Source: Hemiscyllium ocellatum (Eukaryota). Taken from it: a stretch of 64,000 nucleotides of DNA. A model generated the notes under the pieces. The model was not told where the DNA came from, did no database searches, and worked only from the letters and a program-made list of their open reading frames with translations. Within the stretch, counting starts at the first letter, position 1. Every line of letters begins with the position of its first letter. Positions 12,401 through 24,900 of this stretch are shown here, in pieces. Where the stretch lies: assembly GCF_020745735.1 (NCBI RefSeq), contig NC_083403.1, forward strand, positions 102,262,378 to 102,326,377. The letters run 5' to 3'. A program made the translations under genes and the position numbers.

Positions 12401-15400
12401 ATTACTGCTTCTTCTACAGGAAGTGTCATTTTATTCCGTTGTCATCTGAATGACCAGGTAAAGAAACTATACATGGAAGTTTTTACATTATTTAAAGAAT
12501 TAAGGAATTTGCAGAGGGAAAGTTTGTTCAATGTTCTCCTGTTCTACTTCATTAAGTGTCATGATATTGATCTTAATATATTTTGTAGAGTATGATCAGT
12601 TACTGAAATGAAAAAATGCCCATCCTTTACAGTTTCAAAATGGATGTAAATCATTCTTCAAAACAACACATTTTGGTTTTACCATATTTTCAAGTGGCCC
12701 TTGGTGTCATTGGCCTAATTCATGCACTAATTTTTGTATTTTCTGCACCAACCCCGCCCCCACCACTACCACCACCACCACAGAAACTTTCAATCCTTCA
12801 GGAATGGGAGCGTGCCCACTACCATTCCCACAGTAACGCTCCCTGTACCAGCCTGGTCTGTAATGGCCCTGAGATCATCTCTGTCGGGGAGGATGGTCGG
12901 ATTAACCACTTACAAGCTGACCAAAAGGAACCTGTGCGGACTATAGGTGGGTGCAAAGGAAATTTTTAAAATTTTACGCTCTTGATAAAGCTACCTTGAG
13001 ATTATATAATGCCTTTCAGGACTTCCAAATGTCCCTAAACACCTTACAGACTACAAAATACTTTTGAAGTGTTGCTGTTGTAATTTTGGAAACGTGGGGC
13101 TCTGCTTTGTGTAGGTTGGCTGCCAAACAATAAGATAATGTCTCTCCCACCTCCAGGCAGGTAGGTCTGCAAGGGTGGCTAGGATGCGATGGTGCGTGCT
13201 TCATAATGGAAGGGTGCATTTGAGGTTCTTGAGGGCTAAAACACAATGTGAGGATGGAGACCGAGGTATTTGGGTTGGGTGAGGTAGATGGTAGGACCTC
13301 AGGACAAAGACAGAGTCTGAGATGGCAGGGGAGACGTGGTGTGGGGGAGCAGGTTGGGTAGTAAGCATTTATATTTGCGTAACTATTTGCTTTGTAGTTG
13401 AGATTAATACTTTCCATAACATTTTTAGTTATCCATGCATCGAATGTTCTCCCTTTGGAATTTGTCTTTCTCTTTGGAATGAGTCTATTCTGTATATTCT
13501 GAATATCCTCTTAAATGCCTGTCCTTAGTATCTCCATTGTGCAGTCAGTTAATCCAATTTGCCAGTCTACTTTAGCCAGCGCTGTGTTCATCATCCCATA
13601 ACTTCGCTTAAAATCCTAGTCTTCCATCCATCCTTAGCTCCCTCAAATTGAATATGAAACAAATAGTATATTGGTCGCTGCGACGGAGGTATGCATCCAC
13701 TGCAAATTCATTAGTTAATCCTATATTGTTGTACAATACCAGGTCACTGATGTCTAAGGGTACCATTACTCTCAGATTATTAACTAATCCTGTTGCATTG
13801 CACAAAAGGAAAACTAATATAAACTGCTATCTGATTGGCCTTAGAACATGCTGCTCTAAAAAGCTATTTCAAAAGCTTCCTGTGAACTCCTCAACTGGGC
13901 CAATTTGATTGTTATTTAAATATCTATCCAGAAGCGCTCTTCTACAAACGAAAATGCTTTTTTTTTTAAACACCAAATCACCCAATGTATTTTTATGTAA
14001 ACTGATTTTTAAATCTATTTTTCTACCTTCAACTACTACCACAACAATTCTTGTTAGTTCTCCAGATATGAATAGTATCATTTACAGTCAGTTTGGCCAT
14101 CCACTTTGCAGTCCCTGCTTTCATCCAAATAAGGTGGTAGGATCCCTACTGGATGATGCACAGGCTGACACTTCTACCTTTTGGCCTTCTGGGTCCCCTT
14201 ATTCACAGTCGTACCCTCCTGTCCCCAACCACTGACCCTATTCTAAGTGATGCAAGTTCCTCAGGACAAAGAATCTAGGTAAATGTCATGCTCGCTTTAT
14301 GTATCACAGTGCCTCTCAAACTCTGAGCTAAAGGTGCTTGATCTTCAAACATGTTGACCGTTAGCATTTTTGCCCTGGATCACAATAGCATCCAGGAGCT
14401 CCCACATGCTGTAACCTTGACATATCACCTGAATTGCCATTCTTAATGAACCTTAATTATTTACTTCATTATTCATTCACTTTTATTGTTGCCTTCTATC
14501 AATTTTATTAATTTTACCACAATGCTACGTTAAAAGTTAAGAACAGAAAAGACTTTAAGCACTTAAGAGACTCACCCAACAGCACAGCAAAAAACAGTTC
14601 TAATCTGCTCCCATGAAGCTAGCCCTGTCCCTATATGACTGCATGAGGTCCTTATTCACTCCATAATGTTGCTGACTGACCGCAGCTTCTTGTTATGGAC
14701 CAGGCCAGACCCCCCTCAAAATATGTAAAGAAGGTAGCCTAGCTCCTAACTCTTTTTCTTTGTTTTAGAGGTAGATGTGAAGTGGATATTCCAGGTGTGA
14801 TGCAGTTGGTCAGACCACTGAGTTTAATTAAACACTACAGTTGAAACACCAGCAAAAGAAAACAAAATTTAGAATAACTTAACTACTTGAAAACTCAACC
14901 GAGTCGTTACTGTAACTTAACTAAGGAGCTGTTCCAATTCCCGAACACAAGTTCTTTCAGGCAGGAGAGATTTCAGAGAGAGAAGCCAGTCAAAAATCAT
15001 CTGCTGAAACATGGAACCTTTCTCCGGACTGCAGCAGCTTCTCACTGTTATGGCTAAACCAAACAAGAAAAAAAACTTGAACTGGAAGAACTAGCCATGC
15101 CCCTGCCATTATTAAACTACAGTCTTTCCAGACTGCACCTCTGCCCTTACAACCTCTCTTGGAAAATAACCCAAGGACAAAATACCCTTGTTAAAGTGAC
15201 AGCATCGTCACAATCCAGCTGATTAAACTGAGCCAAACATCCATAGCAGCAGACACCTACTATAGCTGTATCTGATGTGGATCACACTGGCGTTGGAATT
15301 TATCTGCTGTCTTTATTATGTGTTAATTTATTTAATTTTAATAACTCTACTACAGCCAATCAGATGTTTTTCAAAATGTGAATAGATACTTTATTTTCAC

Positions 15401-18400
15401 TATTTAAGTGTTGCTATTCACACACCAATCGCTTGCCTCTTTCCCTGTGATGCCATGCTTGATTTCTCTTTCTCTCTCTGTCTGTTGCACTCTGCCTCAG
15501 GCTTAGCTCTTGCTAGAGATTTTGTGACATCTCTGATACTGCTCTAAAACCTTTTGTATGTAAAACATACTTCAAACAATTTGCCTGTCTGACAAGTCAC
15601 TACTAGTTGTCAACCGTGACAATGACTTTTGCAAGCTTGTCTTCAATTTAGTGTATGAGGCTTTGACAATGGACTGTATAACCATGGCTTATTACCCCTT
15701 CTCCTTCCAGACAATGCTGATAGCAGTTCACTGAATGCAGTCACCTTCCTGCGAACTACAGAAGTTTTGACAGTCAACTCAATAGGACAGTTGAAAATTT
15801 GGGACTTCAGACAGCCAGGAAATAAACCTCGTCAGATATATTCTTTGTAAGTTCAACCATTGTTATTTTGTCTTCTCTTTACAAAACTGATGATGCAAGA
15901 CAGTGTACAACAAAACAGAAAATTTACATATTCAATTGCAATGCTCGACATTTCGGAACACTGAGTATCTGCTGCATTCTTCAAAATCAAATGGTAGTGA
16001 GGAGAGAGACAGAAGAACTTTTATACTTCAAATATAGGCAAATTTTGCAGATACTGAACATCTGGAACAAAAACAGAAAATGCTGGAGAAACTCAGCAGA
16101 CTTGGCAGTATTGTGGAGAGAGAAAAATAGTTAATATTTTGAGTCCAGTCTCTCTTTTTTTTAGGATAAGACCTGGTTAAGAGCCAATCAAAACATTGTT
16201 GTCAAACAATTGTGCCTTAATTCAGAACTCATTGGGTGCTTGGTGGTGTCTGCTTTTGCTCTCACTGTTCCAGGAAAATGCAATTGTGTACAAGTCAATG
16301 TATTACCTACCCCTGCTTGCAACCTTTCAAAGACATTCATCATGAAAGGAGATTGGAGGCTTACCCTTCATTCTGAAGACTGAAGACACAGTTCCTTAAG
16401 CCTTTTAGCTTCTGCAGTTAGTACTGGATAAATCACTGAAGCTTTAGCCAGTGTCAAATGTGTAACATCAACTAGAAAAGATTGAATCAGTTTTTTAAAC
16501 ATTTCTGAAAGCTATACCATTTTTACAATTATGTACCTGGATCTTAATATTTTACAACTAATATTAGTATTAATATTTTCTCCATAACTACCCTGTGAAA
16601 TCTTTTCATTATTTTAAGATCTCCAGTTAGTCTGGAACGATGGTTGCTATAGCACAAAAATTATTAAGTTTCCACTTATTCTTTGTATAATTTCTTGTTA
16701 ATTTCACTGTTTGTTGATTCCCAGGACGGGTGATCGGGTGCCACTGCACTGTGTAGACAGACATCCAAACCAGCAGCACATAGTAGCGACAGGTGGACAG
16801 GATGGAACATTTTGTATCTGGGATGTCAGACAAGGAAGTATACCCATCTCTTTACTGGATGCTCATTCTGCAGAAAGTATGTTTGCTTTGTGTTATATTT
16901 CCCACCTTCTAACATGTTGAATTTTGAGTTCTAGTTTTTGATCTCTGATGAACTTGCGCGTTTTAAAATCACTTCCATCAGTCCTGTTTTTCAGACTGTT
17001 TGGGAAGGATAGGGCAAATGATTGGGCATTGATCCAGAATTAACATGGAGGCTATATAGTAGAAATGCATTTATATTTCATTGAATTATTTTCAGAAGTG
17101 CCATTATTTAGAGTGGTAAGAATATGGAATGAGATACCACTGGAGATTTTGAGACAAATGCTATAAATGTATTTAAGGGGAAACTAGACGCCTGCATGAA
17201 GACAAAAAATAGAATATGCTCAGTGGGTGAGATGAATGATGATCAGGAGGAAACATGCAATGTGAATATCAGCATTGTCAAACGGATCCAAAATGCATAA
17301 ATCGTAAATCATTGACCCTACTTGCACATACGCCAATGGTAGAGTACAATTACCATTGGTTAAGTTATTAATGACAACTGATAGCTTTTTGGTGATTTTA
17401 TGTCAAGGAGTTTTCCTACTTCATTGTAATGTACACAACTGAGTTTTCATTTTATCTGTTATGTTTTGAATGTTACATGCGTTCAGGTATAGGGTCTTTA
17501 GTTTTGTCATATTGTTATTTTTCTAACTTCTAGCCTTATCTATTGATTTACTCTTGCATTTATACTCTGTCTCTTCCTGTTATGGTCTGTTTATTTTCCA
17601 TATCAATACCCTTCTGTCTTGCCTTGTCTGTACTCTGTTATCTCAAATTTGATTCCTTACCTCCACTATTTATGTTAATACCCTCTTTACTTTCCTGGTT
17701 ATGCAATCATGATTATCCCAGTATTGATGCCAGTGCCCCACAAACCAAGCACACACTTCCATACTGATCTATCTATCAAGTGTAGACTGGGTGACCACCT
17801 TGCGGAACATTTCTTCTGTCGCAAGAAACAACACCTCATTTTCCACATACACGTGCTTGGGCTTGCCCTTAAATGTGGTTTTTCCCATTAGTATATACTC
17901 TTAATACCTACTCCTTTCTAGGTCTGATCTATGATCATTAGTACACCCTTTACATTTTGCTTGCTCTTGGAAACCTTGCAATCTGTTCTACTTGTTCCTC
18001 CTCCCCTCACTTTTACCGCATCTAACATATTATCATTCCCTTCAGTTTCATAGAAGAGTCGTACTAGACTCGAACCATTAATTCAGTTCGTTTCCATAAT
18101 GTTGCCAGACCAGCTGACCAGCACTTTGTGTGTACTTCAACTGGAAAATTACCCACTTATGCCTTTGCTTCAAACTGGCAAACCAATCCTTTTATCTGTG
18201 GAAATGTTACCCTCTAGGCAGAAAATTCACGAAAGAGGAGGAAAACAACAACAAACTGCCATTCCTAGATGTCACAGTAGAGCAAACAGCCAATGGGGAA
18301 CTTCAAACCAGCATCTACAGGAAAACAACACATACAGACCAAATACTGAACAGAAACAATCATCCCAACATCCACAAACGAAGCTGCATCAGAACATTAT

Positions 18401-21400
18401 TTCAACGAATCACCCCACACTGCAGTACAGAGGAAAATCATCTGTACAGATGATTCAAAACAGATGTATCCAAAACAGATGGATACCCAATGAACACAGT
18501 CCGCCGATTTTCTCAGCAACAAACCCAAACAAGCAGACAAAACTCATCCAGAAACCCTAGCTACTGTCCCCTACATCAAAGACATCTCGGAAATGACTGC
18601 CAGACTACTCAGACCCCTTGGCATCACGGTAGCCCACAAACACACCATAACAGCAGCTCATGAACTTGAAAGACCCTATACAGACAACAAACAAAACTAA
18701 TGTAATTTACAAAATACCATGCAAGAACTGTAACAAACTCTACATTGGACAAACAGGCAGAAAACTAGTCACCAGGATACATGAACATCAACTAGCCATA
18801 AACAACATGACCTTCTCTCACTAATATCCTTACATATAGATAAGGAAGGACACCACTTTGACTAGGACAACACATGCATCCTAAGACAAGCCAAACAGAG
18901 ACACGCATGAGAATTTCTAGAAGCATGGCATTCCACTGGAACTCTATCAACAAACACATTGACTTGGATCCCATTTACCACCTCCCTGAGAAAAAGAACA
19001 TGAAATGACATCACCATACGAAATGATATCACCACAGGAAATGACAACACCGACCCAAAAGAAACCCATACATATTTTTAGAAAGCAGGAAACATCAGCA
19101 GTGCTTTGTCCAGAGGCTCACTGACGATGTTACCTAGTATGGTGATGAATTGTATGAAAATGAACCTTCCAGCTCCGTGAGCAAACCTATATCCAGAACC
19201 CTGACCTGAGCTACAAATCTTCTCAAAACTCACCTCTCTACCACATCAGCAATTGCTGCAAAAAGTGCTTTGCCAAACATCTTTTGAAAATTCAACTGCA
19301 GCACATCTGCAGCATCCTCTATATCCTTGGTATTATTTGGCAAATAAGCTTTCAGTGTGATTTCCCTTCGGATAGCCCATGTTCGCCTGATTAAATTCTG
19401 ATTTTCTAGGTATCCTGCTACAACCTCCTCAATAATGGATTCAAGTACCGTCCCTATAATTTCCTTTACACTCTGTCTCTGTCCTTTCTTGAGTAACAAT
19501 GTTCTATTTGCTATTTCCCAAACTAAGGGGACCCTTCCATAATCTAAATATTCCTGCAGGATTATAATCAATGCATCTACAAACTGTACTGCAACTTATT
19601 TTAAAACCCTGAAATGTAAACTGTCTGGTTTTTGTGACTTGACAACCTTTAGGTCCACTAGTTTTCCTCATACCTTTTCCTTGCTGATGGTAATTAGAGT
19701 CAGTGAGTCATGCAGCACAGAAACAGACCTTTTGGTCCAACTTAAGTTCCCAAACTAAACTAGTCCTATTTGCCTGCATTTGGCTGCAACACCTTTGTAA
19801 TCATTAATCAAATTGCAGTCCTGCTCTATTGCTATGTGTTTCCATTTACCCTTTCTCCCCTCACTTGATTTCTTTCTCTCTTTTTATATTTAGTTTGAAA
19901 CCTTTTCTCCTGCCCTGTTGATGCTACAATGGTCCCAGCATGGTTGGTCCCAAATTAAGAATTGTGTGTGCGCAAAGTTTTCTGTTGTAAACTACGTGTA
20001 TTTATGTCATTAACATAAAGCACTCCTCAAAAGCATTGTTAAAATTTTGACACCAAACCACATGAGCTATTAAGAACTGGCTACAAGGTTTGAGGAAGAA
20101 GGAGGGCAGTGATACCAGAGAGTCAGAAAGCTTTCAGGAAAGAATTGCGAGCTTAAGGTCTAGACAGATAAAGATACTGTCACATCTCACTGTGGTAATG
20201 TCCCAGAATCAGTACAAAATTTGAAGATTTTGAGAAGTGCTCAAAATTTCCCAATTTTTTTTGAGCCAAGTTGACAGAAAGCATGGACCAAGTTTTTGTA
20301 CTTAATACTATTACTAATTATTATGAGTAACTAGACTTTAGGTAAACAATTATCAACCATTGGCATAACTCTACCAGTTAAAAATCTGACCGCATAAACT
20401 CCATCTTTCACGCAAACAAGTAGGCATAGACAAGAAAAAGAAAACAGATATTATGAACAGAGAGAAAAACTGGAAAAGCAAGTCCCATGGTCTCTATTCG
20501 TAGAATCTACTGAGATGATTGCTGGAAAAGCTCAGCATGTCTGGTAGCATCTATGAAGAGAAATCAGAATTCATGTTTCTGGTCCAGTGACCCTTCCTCA
20601 GATGGTTCTTGTGCTGATCAAAAGTGTTTCTCAGTCTTTCTTTTCTAGCTGTGCTCATTAGATTGCAGGAGGCACAGGTTTGTTGGTTGGTTCACACTTA
20701 CAAACAGTCTCTGACTCATGAATTAAAAGTCACAGCTTGCAGCAACTGCTGAAGGAAGAATATTGTAGCTGGCAATGGGTTTTACTGCAGAGAGAGCTCC
20801 TGAGTTATTAAAGACCTGATGGCTTATTACTGTGTTATTGCCCCAAACTGTTCAGTTACCTGAGAGCCAATCACAGTTGTTGGCAAGCAGAAGACCTTTG
20901 CGATAGATGACTAACCATCAGTCCACAGATCAATCAGCTACTTGTTGCTGGCTGAATCTTTATTTGAACACACCCTTCGACTCCAGCCAATCTGCAAGCT
21001 ACATTTCAACTACTTCTAGAACAAGCAACTGTTAAAATAGAAATTATAGTCATTATTTGCTTTCAAAGCTTGCTATAATCCTTCAGCAATCCTTGGCTTT
21101 AAAACATTTCTCTCCAATTTCTGATCACAATTTTAAAAATAAAAAGGAACAGTCTTTAAATATCTTCATCATTGCAGTGATTGAAGCCGTAAATGCACAA
21201 GAAATGCTAGGCAAACGAGCACAGAACCTTGGCTGGAAGATGGTACAAAGTTATGGAGAGTCAAGGCCTTGGAAGGATTTGAAAGCAAGGATGTTTTAAA
21301 AACTTGGTTTTGCCATTGCTGGAGGCTAGTGTCGGGCAGAGACCATGGGAGTGATGAACAAATGGGACATGGTGTAGGTTAAGATGGGACAATGAGAATT

Positions 21401-21865
21401 TTGAATCAACTTATGGAGATTGCAAGGTAGAAGGCTGGCCATGACAAAGTTGGAATAGTCAAGTCAAAACACATCAAAGCCACAATGAGGATTTCAGCAC
21501 AAGTGATCCTCAGGTAGGGATAGTTGGGAGTAATGCCTCCAAGTGAAGTTACAATAGTGACTTCAATCTTTCAGTTATTTAGTTGCATGATATCTCTGCA
21601 TACCCTGTATGTCAAAGAAGCAGTACAATAAATCAATGGTAGTGGATGTTGATGGTATATCAGCTGTGTTTAACTATTTGCTCATGGAAGGCATTAATTG
21701 AGTTTAACTCTAAGTACCTTCTATGACACTTCTTGACTTTTGGAGCTTTTGTGACAGTGGTATTGTCCCTACCCTTCGGTCTGAAGGTCTAAATTCACAT
21801 CTTGCGCATCCTGGTGCTGTGTCATAATATGTCCAAGCAAGTTGATTAAAAACAGGGATTGTTCT

Positions 21866-21902
<37 letters not shown>

Positions 21903-24900
21903 TCCAAGTCCCTGCTCTAGAGGTCTGTCATAATATATTCTTACAGGTTGATTTTAAATATATGAAGAAATTTAGAGTCTTATGGTATAATAATGCTGCT
22001 GTCTGTACCTCAGCCAGAAAGTCCAAGGATAAGTCCTGCCTCAGAATGTGATGCCAGGAGGTGTGTTAAAGCGCACCCAAACAGTCAAGTTTCATTTTTT
22101 AAACCAATCACATCACCATTTCAGTTCATTGGTATATCCTTGCATTTGTTTACAGAGTAATACATTACAAGATTGAATAAAGATTAATAAAGAGCGTTCC
22201 AGAATACAACACTACAAAGATGTAGAGAAGTAATGTCAAGATACAACAGTTGTCACTCGTGTGCATGTAGAACCTGACTTGTTTTCAGATAACATCACAA
22301 CATAATTTTCTCGGGTTGCCTCTAATTCGTGGATTGAAGTTGTGCTCCAGAAACTTAAACACTTTTTATTTAAGCATCACGTGAGTGCATTGCTGATGTG
22401 TGCCGCATTAGACATGCTAAATTTTGGTTGAGACATTAAGCTGAGGTCCCGTTTGCCACTTAGGGTGGATGTAGAAGATCCTGAGGTACTATTTGAAAAA
22501 CAAGGAAATTCTCCCCAGTTGTCCTAACTAATATTTAATCTTTCAACCAAAATCACTTGACAAATATGGTCATTTTCACATTGACTGCTATATTTCAACA
22601 ATGTGAAAATGACCATATTTGTCAAGTGATTTTGGTTGAAAGATAATTATTAGTCAGGACAACGGGGAAGAAATTCCTTGCTTTTCAAATAGTACCTCAG
22701 GATCTTCTACAACCACCCTAAGGGACAAATGATAACACAGTGGTTCATTGTCTAAAAATTCATTTTTAGAGGTTATGAAATGTAATCTAGAAATGCCTTT
22801 TCCTCTAAGTAGTGGGTTAGTCTTCTACACAACGAGATCACCTTGTAAGTCACGTGTCTCTGAATCTTGCACGTGTGACAATATTCTTGCTTATTTCTCT
22901 GACCTGGTTTTAACTCTAAGTTAATTTATTTACCTCAAACATGTCCTCCTTAGTCCTGGCCCTGAACAATATCTTAATATCTCAAAGGCCCAATGGAGTA
23001 ACTAGCATTGAACACAATGAGCTGACTGGCCTGCTTCTATACGGTAATCTTAATGTGCGTCTTTCAGAGAAGTGATGACCATGTGATAAATGAACTGAGT
23101 AATTGATCCTTCTGTGTGCAATGTGTGGTAGTTTGTCACTGGTGCATTTCATTTGTTGCAAACTTGTCAGGTTAAAAAGAGTGCAAGCTTCTCATTGTAT
23201 GTTCTACTTAATTAACAGTGTGGGAGGTTCACTTTCACCCGTCCAACCCTGACCACGTGTTTACTTGCTCTGAGGATGGATCGCTGTGGCATTGGAATGC
23301 TTCTGTTACCACTCCTGATCTGCCTTCCTTTCTTCAACAAGGTATGAACCAAGAAATCGCTATTTCTGGCATTGTTTAGGATATTCAATCCAATATTTTA
23401 TTGCAGGTCAGTAGGTGTTAAGTGAAGTTTCTTTTTAAAGTAGATGGGGAAAATAATGGAAAGAAGTACATCGATTTGAAAGGATGACTTCATTCTTTGG
23501 GTAATGAAAACCTACTTTCAAGATATCCCAGCTCAGAGGGAAAATGAGAGCTGCCATAACAGTTCACTTTAGCACTTGGCCTCAAACATTGCTGGAACTG
23601 TTCTCTTATGCAGAGGAAACACATATCTTTGCCTTTTTTTCCCCATTTTAATATCCAGTTGTGTGTGCTCTCTCTTGTTTATCTTTCACACAAAGGTTCC
23701 CTTTTCTCTCAATTCCTGCGCCTCACCCTTTTGACGTGCACTTTTTCTTATCCAGCGTATTTATGTATTGCCTTTAACTTTTTATAAAACATCCCAGGGT
23801 GCCCCATAGGGCCGTTGTCAATCAATATCTGGAATCAAGCCTAAGGAGTTTCTAGGGTAGTTGAGCAAGATTTTAAGCAGTGTATTGAACAGGAAAGCAA
23901 AATCAAGAGTTTGAGAATGGAATTCTGGCAGCTGGAGGCAGACTATCACATTCTCCTTGCTTTGTTTAGCGCTTGCCCTGCCACCCTGCTTTCCCTTCTC
24001 TACTTCTCTTGCTGAGTTTTTCATTCATTAATATAATATGGTTGTACCAAACAGGCCAACATTTATTTCCTATCCATGATTACCCATAAGTTATTGAGTT
24101 AAGTACTAAGAAGGTGCTGCAAAGCCACCAATTTGACAGCTGACTGGCTTGCTGGGTTCCTTTAATCCAGCAGTTGATTCAGTTACATTACTGTCTGCCT
24201 TGCTATACCTATTGATATTAATAATTTTTTTAAATTTCAATGACTGATTGAAAAGGTTGCACAGTGCGATTTTGAATTTTAAAACTTTTACTGTAGAAAA
24301 TTAAAACAATGACAAAACACTTTTAGGTAGCAATGTTTGCTAACACCAACTGTGGGTAACTAGGCATGTACACTAATTCTGGAATGTGCATGTTCACAAT
24401 AACAAACATAACATGTAAATTCCACATAAGGTGGTGTTATGTCATATGCAAATGCAGCACTGCACATGAGCACGGAAACTCTTGCATTTGAAATGGCATT
24501 CAGCAGTGGGGAGAAAGGATGGAGGAGTGACTCCCTCAGTCAGGAGGGCCTATAGGTTAGATGGTAAGGGGAGGGTGGCAAAAACACCCTCATCGCCCCA
24601 CACCCAATGACCTGCTCTTCCCCCAAAACCATTTGTATGCACATGTGCAATTTAAAGCAATGCAGAGCCCTTATCGGCAACGTGAACTACAGTAAACATG
24701 TATTTTGGGACTTTAAGACAACTGATAATACCACACCAAGGCAAGTCATTTCTTTGCCCTTTGAGTAGATATTTTCTTCTCCTAGAACCAATCCAAAGCT
24801 ATTCACTACTCCAGATGGCCCATTTTGTGTTTCCTTATCAAACATGATACTTTCTCATCCAGGATTGACTTTCCTTATAAGAGGTTACATTGCAGAATTC

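Noticed and set aside
20190-21176. Possible LTR-like insertion within an old LINE fragment
   Set aside because: Termini and TSD could not be defined with confidence.
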